Assembly: GCA_030141605.1 (NCBI GenBank)
Contig: JAQGDQ010000542.1
Location: 62,001-126,000 of the forward strand
Direction of reading: 5' to 3'
DNA length: 64,000 nucleotides
DNA from: Tubiluchus corallicola
Taxonomy: Eukaryota > Animalia > Priapulida
Under the pieces are notes generated by a model. That model saw only the letters and a program-made list of their open reading frames with translations, ran no database searches and was not told where the DNA came from. The translations under genes and the position numbers were made by a program. Shown here piece by piece: positions 1 to 13,600 of the stretch. Position 1 is the first letter of the stretch; the number at the start of each line of letters is the position of its first letter.

Positions 1-440
1 GCCCACTGGGAGAGCAGTGAGTGTGCGACATCGGGTGCCCACTGGGAGAGCAGTGAGTGTGCGACATTGGGTGCCCACTGGGAGAGCAGTGAGTGTGCGA
101 CATCGGGTGCCCACTGGGAGTGCAGAGAGTGCGACATCGTGTGCCCACTGGGAGTGCAGAGTGTGCGACATTGGGTGCCCACTGGGAGTGCAGTGAGAGT
201 GCGACATCGGGTGCCCACTGGGAGAGCAGTGAGTGTGCGACATTGGGTGCCCACTGGGAGTGCAGAGTGTGTGACATCGTGTGCCCACTGGGAGTGCAGT
301 GAGTGTGCGACATTGGGTGCCCACTGGGAGTGCAGAGTGTGTGACATCATGTGCCCACTGGGAGTGCAGTGAGTGTGCGACATTGGGTGCCCACTGGGAG
401 TGCAGAGTGTATGACATCATGTGCCCACTGGGAGTGCAGG
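1..440 (+). repeat. Minisatellite, 34/36-bp units (gcccactgggagagcagtgagtgtgcgacatcgggt); truncated by window start
   Basis: About 12 visible tandem units; the overlapping ORFs at 67-551 are translations of the repeat. Confidence 0.95.
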
Positions 441-600
441 GAGTGTACCCCAGTAAGGATGTGGCTAAGAAAAGCTTTCACCTTTCGTAATCATCTTGTA
501 AAATATCCCTTGTTTACCGATTCTATTGATTGTGTAATATCTTTTGTATAATTCCCTGTTCACATGTGTTAATACATTAATGAATTTTTTGTTCTTGTAG

Positions 601-671
601 ACGGGAAAGTTTTTTGGCGACATTCAGCCACGCCTAATGGAAGTGATGGTGGATTCTGGGATATATACGCG
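601..671 (+). CDS. CACNA2D: alpha2-delta exon
   Basis: ttgtag|TGKFFGDIQPRLMEVMVDSGIYT(R)|gtaatc. Confidence 0.9.
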
Positions 672-3600
672 GTAATCATTTTAAAAATTTTCACATTTTA
701 ACTCTTTAAGTTATTAAATTGTTGAAATTCATAAGGGTTATGTATACACATGTTATATGAACTTACTTGCTTTCTGAATGCAATCTCAGATAGTAAAACA
801 AACAATGGATTATTTTTCAACATGGTAAAGGCTTAAATAAAGAATTTCTATTTTGTTACAAGTGTCCACTTCTTAGGTCACCGTGCACAGCACTTATCTT
901 TGCTGTATTAATATGTGACTTTGTAGTTTACACTAAATAAAGTGAACTGAATTGAATTTCTTGCAGGGTTCGCATGTTTGAATTCCAAGGTATGTGCCAA
1001 GAGCAGTTCCAGGAAACTGCGTCGTCGTGTAGACCAGACAACGTAAGTTCCATGTTACTTGTTAAAGGACAAGAAAAGAGTATACCTGAAGCGGTTTCAG
1101 AAAAATCGCCTTAAAAAATTCTGTTACTTTATAGCAATTTTATGCGTATATCGTACTCGCATTGAAAGGATTTTTTTTGTTGTAATTTTAAATCTCCTGC
1201 AATACTGTTCAGACCGCGTCATTACACAACGTAAATCAGGGGAATAAAAGGAAATGTTACACTACGTTCCAAAAAAATTTCCATGCAAAATTATATTATT
1301 TAGCATTTCGCTTACCTGCTTGAAAGACTTAGGTAATTAGAATTACTTAAATGTTTTCACCAATTGATAAAATGTCTTTGACTTATCTGCAGGGTGCACC
1401 ATTCACTAACCAAAAAACGTGTTTTTAATCTCATTGACAAGCTACAGTAATGTAAAATTTTATTTTGTTAGCCACGTGTGCACTACTAATGCTCTGATTA
1501 TTTTTTTAAACTTTACTCTTTGTTATCTGAACTTGTTCCATTTGTCTTATCGTTAAAATGGCTGAGTCTACCAGTCATCTCGGGAATTTAAATTTACCTG
1601 TTTATACAGCACTACTGCCGACACAAGCCCTGTATGCAAAAAGGCAGTATGTAAGCGGTATAAAATTTCAAGACAAATTTTTTAAGCTTTATGTAAGTGA
1701 AGGATTTTCTTGTGCTTTAAAGATGCATGTAAATTAATCATGTATCTTATGTTCAAATGTTGATATTGTTAGTGGAGAACATATTAATGTCTTAGATGCA
1801 AATCTATCATAGCAGAGAAAGCCTAAACCAAGATGATATGTTCACTTTATTTATTTTTACTAAATGTTGACATTTTATTCAAACTTTAACCAGTTCATTA
1901 TCTAGCAGAATTTTGACTAGTTGCTCTTTTTTCAGCTTTTTTCTACACTATTTAGTGTTATATCCTGGCTGTGGAAAGAATTATTGGTGTAAGTGAATAT
2001 ATTTTATTATTCATTCTTCTTCTTCTTCCCAGCTTTTCCCTATGTGGGGTCGCCATTGTGAATGAGTCTTCTCCACGCATTCCTGCAGTTGACCATCTCT
2101 TCATTTATGTCTTCCCTTCCCACATGATCTTCACCGACTCTTCTTTTCAGGGGTCCATACCATCGCAATCTTGCGAGGCTTCCACTACTTTTACTGTTCC
2201 TCTGATATTATTATTTCTAATTTTGTCTCTTCTTGTCATTCCCACCATCCATCTGAACATCCTCATCTCCACCACATACATTTTCTTCTCTTCGGTCTTC
2301 TTTAGAGAAGCTGCTTCCAGTCCATAGATTAGAGCGGGTCTGACCACTTCTTTGTGGACTTTACCTTTAAGTCTCACCAACTCATTCATAGAAGGTTTTG
2401 GTGCACTTTTTACAAGCGGATGCCCTTCCTGACCCTAACTCTCCCTATTTATCCGGGCTTGGTACCGGCACTGAGTTGGGCTGGCTTGCCCCCCCCCCCC
2501 CCAGTGGCTAGGTTATATTTTATTATTCATTATTCAGCTGTTATTCTGAATTGAAGTTATTATTCAAACATGTCTTATTAGTTGTTGCTTGACTACCTGA
2601 AATATTTGATGTAGTGTTGCTGTCACCTATAGTTTTCGTCGTCTTTCCATTTTTGTTTTAGGTAGTTTTAAATCAAGATTTAAATTTGAATCTTTGAAAT
2701 TTTATAAGATTGAAATTCTAAGCTTTGACAAAAACTGCATTAACTTATCTTTAAAACATTTGACACTTTTAGGCTCTTAATTCAATACAATATATTCACT
2801 TTATGGAATGGAGGACATTTTTATACAGCGCAAGGTACAGTACTTCTTATTTTACTAATGTTAGTTGACTTGTTATTAGAAAACAAGCATTTTTTCTCTT
2901 GGGCTTCTGACATGAAATTCTGTACTATGTACAATGGTGGTTATTGTCTGCCATAGAATAATCTGTAGAATTTGTGTTAGAACGCAGCGCCCGTTCTTGC
3001 TTAACTTTTTGTGTGATGCTAGGAATCTCTAACATTATCCAATCATACTCCCAAATGTCTCATGCATTACTTGAAGTAACTTGACGCCGTTGGCACATTA
3101 TGTTTTTGTGTGTCACTTTGATTCATTAAACATGATTATCTTCTGATGATGATGATGGTGATGATAATACACAATTTTTCTCTCTTTCATGAAATTCTAT
3201 AACATAAAAACAAAAAATGGTATTATAAAAATCAGTTTTCCTTGTAAAATTACAGTGCATCAATTGTAAAATCTACTCCGTTAATACAGCATTTCTCGAA
3301 ATTTTCAACCGTCTTACAACTTGCAATGGCAAAGAATCTCTTAACTGCATAAAACTCAAAAGTGCCTATAAACTGGTAATTGATAGCAAATGATTTGTTT
3401 ATTTAGCATCTCAGTTTATCTCCGACTGGGATGGGTATGAACCGTGTCATCAAGAAATGGACCTATTCTATCTAAGTAAGGAGTTTGTGGATATGAGGCG
3501 TGACCGTATCTATGACAACTGTGCCAATTGTAAATCGAAGTAAGTGTAAAATCAAAATTCAAGTCTTTGTATAAGAATTTTAAACGTGTCATTTTGAACA

Positions 3601-6238
3601 TTCATCATTTTTTGTCACCTTGATTTGCAATTTTAATGACTTATTATATTTCAAGACACTTTAATATGGTAGTTATACTACTTTCTATTTCAAGTATTCA
3701 TTTTCTGTTGTGCAACGTCAGAAAATAACTTTCAGTTCGCATGCTTATTAAACCTAGCATTTCACAGCTTTTTTGCGACGATTGAAAATTGAGTAAGTGC
3801 AACAGTCATTACTTGATTATAAATTAAGCCTTTTCACAGTTTTACTATGAGCATGCGCAGTTGCTGTAGGTCAGCGGTTTAATGAGCCCAATGCGTCTTA
3901 CTACAACAGTCATGTGACCATATGCATGTAACTACATGTTAGTGAAACACGTGGTTATTCTTATTATATACTTACACTCGTATAGCTTTAAGCTAACAAG
4001 TTATTCTTATCCAAAAATAGCTAGCAAAATAACATCAGAAATCCACGTAAAATGAAATAAATGAAGCAAAAATTACCACCAAGAATTGCTACTAACACAA
4101 TAGCATGGGATTCGATGCGTTGTCAAGTGTAAACGAATGCATTGTTTGGTTCAGATGACATTGTTACGTTCACTTAACCCTTTCACCTTTTCATGATCAT
4201 CATCAATAACTGGAAGTGTGAAAAGGGGCCATCAGCATAAAACAGTAGCAAGTTTAGGGTAGGTAGGTGGCAGGAGACATGATAAGACCATTATAACGGA
4301 AGATAGGCAGCTGATTTTGCCATGATATCATTGTCAGACTTCACGCTTTGTTACACGTGCGTGCCAGCAGCAGACGATGCTACAAGTTTCCTGTTAATTA
4401 ACACAATTGATGCTGTCGCCTCTCTTTGGGAGGAGGAAGAATAAAATGCACAAAAAGCTACATCAGTGTGATATCAATATCAATATAAGGGGTAGGTAGG
4501 TGGAGGGGCATATAATAACACCATTATAACGCAAGGTAGGTAGGTCCTCGAAATCGGCCAAAAACTTGATATAGTTATATGTAGATAGCCCCAATGGCTT
4601 TTTCTTATCTCATGAACAAGGATTGCACACTTTCGTGTTTTAGAGTCTACAGCGTTGTGAGAATACCAAACACTAATCTCATACTGATGGCTCACGACAC
4701 CCGATGCTATTGTAATCCAAAGGACAGGCTTAGCATCGAGCCACAGCAGATGGAGTACTACGATGACATGTGCTTCTTTCGCAGAAAGGAGATTTTTCGG
4801 AAAAGACCGGCGGCGTGTTTTCCAAGCCATGCAAATGTAAGCTACTTTTGACATTGTGTTTAAAATAGTTCACAACTAGGGCCGGCTCTGCCCTAGGCAA
4901 ACTAGGCAGTTGCCTAGCGCACCACATTTTTTTGGTGGGTGCCAGATTCTGAATTTAATTCTGTGACATTTAAGTTTAGTATAAATAATAGTATAGTCAT
5001 TAGTACCAGTTGTAGATAGTACCAGTTATGGTGGTATCAGTTGTGGATAGTACAAGTTGTAGATAGTACCAGTTGTGGTGGTATCAGTTGTGGATAGTAC
5101 CAGTTGCAGATAGTACCAGTTGTGATAGTACCAGTTGTGGTGGTATCATTTGTAGATAGTACCAGTTGTGGTGGTATCAGTCGTAGATAGTACCAGTTGT
5201 GGTGGTATCAGTCGTAGATAGTACCAGTTGTGGTGGTATCAGTCGTAGATAGTACCAGTTGTGGTGGTATCAGTCGTAGATAGTACCAGTTGTGGATAGT
5301 GTCAGTTGTGGTGGTATCAGTCGTAGATAGTACCAGTTGTGGATAGTATCAGTTGTAGATAGTACCAGTTGTGGTGGTATCAGTCGTAGATAGTACCAGT
5401 TGTGGTGGTATTAGTTGTAGATAGTACCAGTTGTGGATAGTATCAGTTGTAGATAGTACCAGTTGTGGTGGTATCAGTTGTGGATAGTATCAGTTGTGGT
5501 GGTATCAGTTGTAGATAGTACCAGTTGTGGATAGTATCAGTTGTGGTGGTATCAGTCGTAGATAGTACCAGTTGTGGATAGTGTCAGTTGTGGTGGTATC
5601 AGTCGTAGATAGTACCAGTTGTGGATAGTATCAGTTGTAGATAGTACCAGTTGTGGTGGTATCAGTCGTAGATAGTACCAGTTGTGGTGGTATCAGTTGT
5701 AGATAGTACCAGTTGTGGTGGTATCAGTTGTGGATAGTATCAGTTGTGGTGGTATCAGTTGTAGATAGTATCAGTTGTGGTGGTATCAGTTGTGGATAGT
5801 ACCAGTTGTGGTGATATCAGTTGTGGATAGTATCAGTTGTGGTGGTATCAGTTGTAGATAGTACCAGTTGTGGATATTATCAGTTGTGGTGGTATCAGTT
5901 GTAGATAGTACCAGTTGTGGTGGTATCACTTGTAGATAGTACCAGTTGTGGTGGTATCAGTTGTGGATAGTACCAGTTGTGGTGGTATCAGTTGTAGATA
6001 GTACCAGTTGTGGATAGTATATTGATCAACAAATTTAAAAAAAATACGCTATCATAGATTACATTTTTGCAAGTTGTAAATTATTGATTTTTTTTAAACT
6101 TAGGAAACTGACAACTGTGGAATGGCTTCGCATACACTACAGGCTTCTCATATACTTCTGTTCTTTTCTCTATTGCTCAATCTATTTCCATATTCAGCAT
6201 TCTCACTACTATGGCGATGGCAACAGGAACCTAGGTGA
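601..6238 (+). CDS. CACNA2D: Voltage-gated calcium channel alpha2-delta subunit, 3' part (7 exons; 5' end lies outside the window)
   Basis: Exons 601-671, 967-1042, 1936-1988, 2773-2834, 3407-3539, 4644-4836, 6104-6238 join in frame (723 nt), all GT-AG. Peptide TGKFFGDIQPRLM..RVRMFEFQGMC..EPCHQE..CANCK..RIPNTNL..CYC..RKRPAACFPSHANETDNCG plus a hydrophobic tail matches the alpha2-delta C-terminus (GxFFGE, YDYQAMC, IPxSNL, RRRPxSC, CG omega site). Paralog not assignable. Confidence 0.93.
967..1042 (+). CDS. CACNA2D: alpha2-delta exon
   Basis: ttgcag|(R)VRMFEFQGMCQEQFQETASSCRPDN|gtaagt. Confidence 0.9.
1936..1988 (+). CDS. CACNA2D: alpha2-delta exon
   Basis: tttcag|LFSTLFSVISWLWKELL(V)|gtaagt; phase-compatible with neighbours. 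Confidence 0.85.
2014..2512 (-). mobile_element. RTE-clade LINE 3' remnant, internally deleted
   Basis: Minus ORF HKEVVRPALIYGLEA..EMRMFRWMVG..RRDKIRNNNIR resembles the post-RT C-terminal region of RTE elements; (aag)n-like tail near 2014-2027. Confidence 0.7.
2773..2834 (+). CDS. CACNA2D: alpha2-delta exon
   Basis: ttttag|(V)LLIQYNIFTLWNGGHFYTAQ|gtacag. Confidence 0.82.
3407..3539 (+). CDS. CACNA2D: alpha2-delta exon (delta region)
   Basis: atttag|(A)SQFISDWDGYEPCHQEMDLFYL..CANCKS|gtaagt. Confidence 0.88.
3895..4230 (+). repeat. Dispersed repeat; second copy at about 41960-42270
   Basis: Shared aactacatg..tgaaacacgtggttattcttatta..gttcacttaacc..tcatcatcaa blocks in both locations. Confidence 0.75.
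4644..4836 (+). CDS. CACNA2D: alpha2-delta exon
   Basis: ttttag|VYSVVRIPNTNLILMAHDTRCYC..RKRPAACFPSHAN|gtaagc. Confidence 0.92.
5002..6020 (+). repeat. Minisatellite of 15/16-bp units (tagtaccagttgtgg / tggtatcagttgtaga)
   Basis: About 1 kb of tandem units in a CACNA2D intron. Confidence 0.95.
6104..6238 (+). CDS. CACNA2D: alpha2-delta terminal exon with GPI-signal-like tail
   Basis: cttag|ETDNCGMASHTLQASHILLFFSLLLNLFPYSAFSLLWRWQQEPR*. Confidence 0.88.
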   Translation, partial: ETDNCGMASHTLQASHILLFFSLLLNLFPYSAFSLLWRWQQEPR

Positions 6239-7364
6239 TGGATACAAGATTTCTAATGTAGTATGTAATATGTAGAAGCACTATAGTTGTTCATTTTTCA
6301 GTACATTAAATAGCATTTACTATTTTTTCTTTAGAAGGTTTGGATTTGTTGAAAAATAACACAGAAATTATGATAGAACTTTTTTGCTACATAATAATGA
6401 AAAACAGTTGAGTGCTCATGTGAATAGAAATAAATGGGAATATTTATTGTGAAATCATCTTCTTCTTCTGAGAACAGTGCACAGCTTCTGCTATGAAAAC
6501 GAAAATTGGAGAATTTTTTTATTTTTAACCTTGCACACTGTCATTTTACGTAGTTGCAGATAGTAGTATCATTTCTATTCACGATTCACTATTTTTCATT
6601 GCCAAATTACTTTGTCTAAAAAGCAGTATTGCAGTTTTTTGGCAAGTAATTTATTCAAAATCAACCACAAGAGGGAGCAGCAAGCTCTCAAATTTGTATT
6701 ATCGTTCTCCCCAAATAGTTTAGTGGCAAACTAGCACACACTGGATTGTGTATAGAATAATAATTTATTTGTAAGTAATGTAAATAGTTATATTTATATG
6801 TAAAAATTTTCTCTTAATAATCGTGGTGCATTTTTGCCCTTATTTCATGTTGTTTATGTATGTAAGTCTATAACATTTTATTAAATTACCACTTTTTTAA
6901 TTATTGTCGTCGTCGACGCTAGGTACATAGATAAACTACCTGTGATTAAAATAACATGATTTGATGAATTTTATCCTTGTTGTTACTAGATGGCAGCACA
7001 ATCAGAATTTGTGCTGCCATTTATGAGAGATTCATGACAAATTGAGCGGAAATTCTTTAGCCTGCTGTATTTAGTCGGTCTAATTAATTAATCTTTACAC
7101 TTTTGTTTGTGTAATTATAGTAAATAATTCTTTTCATCGTAGACAGTGAACACAGTTTTACTGCCATCAATTTGAGCTTATCTGGTCACGTTTTTGCATC
7201 TCCATTTTATTTCTGCTTATAGCTCTTTATCATGGTGTAATTTTTCCCAGACTAATTAGAAAATATTAACTATGGCCTAAATATTAATTACATTGTTTTC
7301 TCTTAACTAATGTACCTGGTAAGAGTTGATATTATTAGAAATGTTGATTACTCTACTAAGTGAC

Positions 7365-7707
7365 TGGGGTGAGCATTCTGTACAATAAAGCGAATTCGAA
7401 TCGAATTTGTTACTTTTGATCGCGGTTCGAAACAAATTTCAGCATTTTTTCGTGATTTTCGAATTAACCAATAAAAAGCAGTCTCACAAAGATCATGCAT
7501 ATTGCTTAATTTTGTTCTGCAGCAAAAATACTGATAATTTGCTTAAAAACTGTGCTCATAAATTGTGCTGTTTCAAACGCTTCATGATAAAGAACACATG
7601 TAACTGAAGTGCTGAATTATTCGAATCTATTTCAGGTTTGAATCGAATTTGAACTGAAAAATATTCATTTGAATCGAATGAAGTTGAACATTAGATGCTC
7701 GCCCCTA
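7365..7707. mobile_element. MITE with short TIRs (hAT-like); related copy at about 41410-41760
   Basis: tggggtgagcat ... atgctcgccccta inverted ends; internal cacaaagatc..gttctgcagcaaaaa block shared with the 41.5-kb copy. Confidence 0.6.
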
Positions 7708-8159
7708 CTACTGACTGATCACAAATTTTTAAGTGAACAGAGAAATGAAACAAACAAAACGGAAAATATTGTTAGTAATTTTATTGATTATCTGTACTTA
7801 TAATCATTGTTATCTTGCAAAGGTTGAGAATTTATTTGTTTGTTTAACTATAAAGTTTTAAATACTGACACTATGTCTAAAACACCTATGTAGCTTATAA
7901 ATACAATATAAAACATAGTAAACTCAAAGCTTTCGAGTATTTCCACGAATTATATGTTCACTTATTATGTAATAAATGAAATAAAAAAGAAAATACAAAA
8001 TGCAAACCAACTTTGCGTCTTTGCGCTGTACATGGAAGTAAACAAAATCGTCTACTTTGGCCCCTAATTCTGTCGAAAATAAACGTAATCACAACTTGAA
8101 CTAAAGCTCACAACAAAACATTTGCTTAGATTAAAATAGTTTAGTTACAAAAACATGTC

Positions 8160-8452
8160 CAGGGCCATCTTAACGCATGGGCACAGTGGGCAGTTGCCCG
8201 GGGCCCCACAAACATAGGGACTGATTGCTATGTATATTGTTTGTCTGTTATAATATTCATTATGTTAGTGCTGGTTAGTCTTTGCTGTACAGCATGTTTT
8301 TTAATGTTTAAACACTGATTTTGTTGGACGTACCAATACAATAAATATATGTTTAATTTTATCGACCATTTACATCCTGTGAGTGCATTTGTAGGTAGGA
8401 GCCCCAGTGCAGTGCTTTGCCCGGTGACTATAATGTCTATAAGACGACCCTG
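8160..8452. mobile_element. hAT-like MITE
   Basis: cagggccatctta ... taagacgaccctg TIRs; degenerate 8-bp flanks aacatgtc/cccatatc. Confidence 0.65.
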
Positions 8453-9139
8453 CCCATATCTCTATATCAATAAGTTTATCAATTATAAGCTTACTAGTAG
8501 GTTACGAAAAAAATGTTAGATTTTATAAGGTAGTATAATTGCATAAAGCTGAATGAACGAAACTGTTAAAATGGCTCATTTGTAATTATAAACAAATAAA
8601 TATTCCTTTACAAATTTTTTAGCAAAAACACAAAGCAGATAGCACTACTGAAGTTACACACGTTGCCTAGCAACTGCAATCAGCTTCTAGTTTATGAGAC
8701 TGGATAAGAAAAGTGTGCAGCTTAAGACATGGTATTTCATTATGTTCTTGCTAACAAACTGTACAATGTCAATAAATACTTCAAATAAATACAACCAAAC
8801 TTAACAGTTAATAAATAGGATATAGTACTTTGGTAAAACTGCCTCAAACTTATAAATGACATTTACTTTTGATAAGATAAATGACATTTACTTTTGATAA
8901 GATAAATGACATCACTCAGCAAAAACGACCAAAAAAACAAACAAAAAAAAATCAGCTTCTCCAGTAACACAGTTTCACTATTAACACTAAACTTTATTTT
9001 CTACAAAATTCTTAGTGCAGTTACTTTTTTATCTTGTAACACACCATATTAGTGGATCAATAGTTTCTTAGTTTTCAAATCATAACTCCAAATGGGGTCA
9101 TCGGACGCATGGGTATTTAATATTGTATCATCCTAGAGT

Positions 9140-9510
9140 GACAAGTCCCCCTGACACGACTCTTGCAGTCACTTTGCTCCATGCTGCCCTGTCACCCGCA
9201 ACCTCCCATGTCTCTGTATTTTTGATATCCACTAGCGTGTTGATAAGATCTTTTTGGGCGAAGTTAATCTATCTCAGTAGTTGTTCTTTTCTTTGTCTTC
9301 GTGTCTTTCTGTAATGCATCTTTGAAAGCTAATTTTAATGGGCTATTGTCTGATACTCGGGTAACATATCTTAACCATCTTAATCTTCTCCTTTTGATTT
9401 TAATTGATTCCCCCCTTCCTTGATTTTATTATACAGATCCTGGTTTGATATTTTCTTTGGCCATTTTACTCCTAGGATGTTCCTGTAGTTTTTTCTTTGA
9501 AATAAATCCA
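9140..9510 (-). mobile_element. LINE (RTE-like) 3' remnant, same family as 39860-40230
   Basis: Minus strand encodes decayed ILGVKWPKKISNQDLYNKIK..RRLRWL, parallel to GIRWPKKISNKDLYEKIK..RLTWIGH at 39.9 kb. Confidence 0.7.
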
Positions 9511-10497
9511 TTTGTATGGTTATTTAAAAATTTAAAATGCAGACGATTCGGCATGATCTCTTAGCCCAAAATTAAATGATTTTTAATATTTGTACTGCTA
9601 AAACTAATCTCTACATGTAAGAACCTAGGAAATACATTAGTTTTCCAGATGGGCCGTCTTATGAAAAGCTTACCACACTCACGTGGACCCTAAGACAAGC
9701 AAACTGAGTCTCTCCATCCTGGGCCCTACACGCACACTTTTGTGTGCAGAATGTAGGAAAGCTGATGAAATGGATCAATCTTAAAGGTACACTAGTTTCT
9801 ATTTATTGAAAAATAAGTTTAGTAGATGGTGACAATAGATGATGCAGTGCCATCTGTTGACAAAATGAATTCCGACAGTTATTATCTTTATTAAAAACTG
9901 GTGTGATACAAGCAATATTAACATCGTGCTTGCATTTTAAATAATCATTGTAACATCTACTGATTATCTAGTCGTAAAGCATAGCCTGGTCAGCAAAAAG
10001 ATGGGTGACCACCGACTACTGAAAAAACTGCTTCTGGCCTCTAGGTGGTTTCGTCCGCACAATCCACTTTGCTATTTACTTGACTAATGGAACACAATGT
10101 AGTCCAAACATTGATAAGACATCTCTGTCGTTTCAGCGTCTTGTCTTAGAGGATTATCACTCTCAATACGCTAGATGCTGGTCCTGCTACAACAATCGAA
10201 AATCAGTAGCCGCAGCCACAGAATGCTGGATCCCCGGAATCCAGCACTCAAAGGCGGCGGGGGCAGCTTACTTAGCATTGACGTTTGTGACGAAACTAAA
10301 ACCTGGCTCAAGATCAAGGACACAGATGGGCCACTGAACCAGCAGAGGTGTCTCAATCATGTTTGGCTGTGAATATATCCTGCTCCAATGAGGTAAACAG
10401 CCAGGATCAGCATTGCAAGTGAAATCACCCAGAACGAGGACTGAACCCAGGCGATGACATGCCACAATACTCTCTGAATTAACTGACTCTTTACAGG

Positions 10498-10695
10498 TTA
10501 TCCTTGACAGGAGAAACAGTGCTGGAATTCCGTCCAGATGGACCTGATCACGTACCGATCGGCCTCGTTGATGACATCCTCCTCGTTGTAGATGCGCATG
10601 AAGCACCTCTGCAGTTCGTTGCGACGGTGGAGGTGCTCATCGTAGGGGGAATAACGCAGTATACCGTACATTAGAGATAAATATTCAGTTCGTGT
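10498..10695 (-). CDS. NCKIPSD: NCKIPSD terminal exon
   Basis: tttcag|TRTEYLSLMYGILRYSPYDEHLHRRNELQRCFMRI..FSCQG*. Confidence 0.92.
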   Translation of the reverse strand, partial: TRTEYLSLMYGILRYSPYDEHLHRRNELQRCFMRIYNEEDVINEADRYVIRSIWTEFQHCFSCQG

Positions 10696-13600
10696 CTGAA
10701 AAGTAGAAATAGCTTCATTTTAAAGATTAAAAAAGATAGGCAATGAATAATTCTTAATGAAAAAAATGTTCTGTGACTGTAAGGAAAATTTGGCAGGATA
10801 GCCCTGGCCACTCTCGTCGTGTCGCATCATCGCTACGCATGCACAGTGTAGAGATGTCATGTCCTCTATAGCATCATATGCACGCACACACACACACCCA
10901 CACCCACACGCACCCCCACCGGTGGGTTGCAAAACAGCATAATATTTTACAATTTTTTCATAAGAAACGAAATTGCAAGAAAAAGGGTTAAAAGCGACAA
11001 ACAAAAATTTGCCAATATTTTGATTCTTACTTTCAGTTTAACTGTACAACTCAAATTACTCAACAGTTATGTATTCCTATCAACTCTAGCTACGGTTTAA
11101 CTGTACAACTCAAATTACTCAACAGCTATGTATTCGTATCAACTCTAGCTACGGTTTAACTGTACAACTCAAATTACTCAACAGTTACGTATTCGTATCG
11201 ACTCTAGCTACGGTTTGACTATACAACTCAAATTACTCAACAGTTACGTATTCGTATCAACTCTAGCTACGGTTTAACTGTACAACTCAAATTACTCAAC
11301 AGTTACGTATTCGTATCAACTCTAGCTACGGTTTAACTGACAACTCAAATTACTCAACAGTTACGTATTCGTATCAACTCTAGCTACGGTTTAACTGTAC
11401 AACTCAAATTACTCAACAGTTACGTATTCGTATGAACTCTAGCTATGGTTTAACTGACAACTCAAATTACTCAACAGTTACATATTCGTATCAACTCTAG
11501 CTACGGTTTAACTGACAACTCAAATTACTCAACAGTTACGTATTCGTATCAACTCTAGCTACAGTTTAACTGTACAACTCAAATTACTCAACAGTTACGT
11601 ATTCGTATCAACTCTAGCTACGGTTTAACTGTACAACTCAAATTACTCAACAGTTACGTATTCGTATCAACTCTAGCTACGAATGTGTTGATTCAATGCC
11701 AGCAGCTTTCTCAAATACGAAATTAAGATTAGAATTAACAATAGCCGAGAACTGAATTATACCCTGTACAACTAGTAGCAGCCAAAAGGCTAGTGTCTCT
11801 TGTTCAAATCGAAATTAGTTCACAGTTTTTTCACTTTTAAAATTTTTCGGTTTTTTTGGATTAATTTGACTTGAGCTTTTATGTAAATTATTTAGGTTTG
11901 AAATTTGTATTATCATTAGTTGCAGTCCCAGGCATTATAGTGTTGGCATAAAATCCACTTCATCTTTAAAAAGTGTCAAATATTACCAGTTATTATTTCA
12001 CTAAGGTGATACATAAATAGTACCATACCTTGTCACCAGGTGGCAGGTCAGACAGCTGTCGCACAATAATGTCTATGAGCACCATCGCATCATTCGTGTA
12101 CAGCAAGCCAGCAGTTTCGTTTGCTGAGTACATGTCGGCAAAGAATTTCAAAACAGAGTCCTGCGGCTTGGGTTTGTGATTGAAGATTCTCACGGGATCA
12201 TCTGGAATGAGGCAGATTGATTATAGCCAACAGCTGAGACACTTACATTTAACGAACATTTAAAAGTGTAATCACTAAAAGTACAACTAGTACCCTAAGA
12301 CATTATAGTTAAGAACATTGACTAAACACACTCTACAGCAACAGGTGAATAGAAGGTAAGCAAATGGAAGAACCAATTGCTTGCTCTATTTGAAAATGCC
12401 TGAAACAAATTCATCTTCTGCATACTTTAGCAACAAAGTGGATGCATCATGCATCAGCATCCTCGTCTACTTTACATCAGACAAAATTTGACAAGTTAAA
12501 CAAAAGCATTTTACAAATATGGTTTTTAGTAATCAACACAGCTTAGCATCCAATTTGTGCAGTAACATTCGATGCGGCGGGCCAGTAACATTCGATGCGG
12601 CGGGCCAAATGCTGAATGAACTATATCTCTATAGAAAGCTAAATTCAACGAGATCAAACCTGTTAAACTGAAACTACCACTACCGTTCTACTGCAGGAAT
12701 TGTAGCTCTTGCAAATGCCACATCTCTCTTTTGGAATATTAAAAAGAGCTCAATCACAAAAAAGCAGGTAAACATCCCTCAGCATTTGTTTACCCAAGTT
12801 CTTCACAATTCTCCTATAAGACAGATTTTTGCAAAATAGTTCAAAAACCAAGTAAGCACAGCACCCCAGCAATCTCTGAAGCACGGCATAAATTCAATCT
12901 ACCTGACCCACTCTACAACTCACCTCCTCTGTTGACTAACAACATCACTTTTTCTGTGAAGACCTTGGCAGTGCCCCTCCTAGCTAGGGCTTGCATCACG
13001 AAGCTCTCGCTCGGCAAGGAAAAGTGGAGATTAAATGCAAGAATCACATTTACAAATAGATCAGGTGTCTGCTCTACATCATCAAACTCCGGAGGCGACT
13101 CGATGTTATCAATGAGGAAACTGATGAACTCCTCATTCAGGTGTTCTGAAAGTAATTAGGCATGGGAATGTGAGTGAAGCAACATTCAAGCCGGTCACGA
13201 ACAGTGAGATGGGTAACTGGCAGTCTGACAATTTCGCAAAATGTTTTGTTTAAAACTATTGTGTTCTCTATTTATGCAGGACAAGACATTGATGTGATGT
13301 CATGAAAATGGGCGTTACATCACAGACGAACACTGTAGATTGTGATCATGCTTATCACAGCGCAGCACCTATTTGGGCATATGAATGTGCCAAATAGGTG
13401 CTATTGCGAGTCTTAGTGGATTCCCATAGCGGCACATAGATTTGAAAGTTTAACAATATTTAAGTAACCAAGGTGATCATTATTTAATCTAAGCTTTGCT
13501 TATTGTAGTTTTTAGTATATTAGAGCACACTTTATTTTGAACTAACATCGAAGCAATTGTCTGGTTTTCCTTTAATAATCTTCAGAAAAAAACAGTTATT

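Noticed and set aside
67-551. Cys/His-rich ORFs as a repeat protein
   Set aside because: They are translations of the 34/36-bp minisatellite in several frames, with length variants that shift frame.
10080-10497. ORFs in the NCKIPSD 3' region (including VLVLGDFTC, reminiscent of the LINE endonuclease GDFN motif)
   Set aside because: A single weak motif with no other endonuclease or RT motifs; treated as 3' UTR.
5002-11680. Minisatellites at 5.0-6.0 kb and 11.0-11.7 kb (also 38.4-38.7 kb) as donor arrays
   Set aside because: They do not overlap any exon end and lack a good sense-strand donor. They show that background minisatellite density is high, which tempers the main finding.
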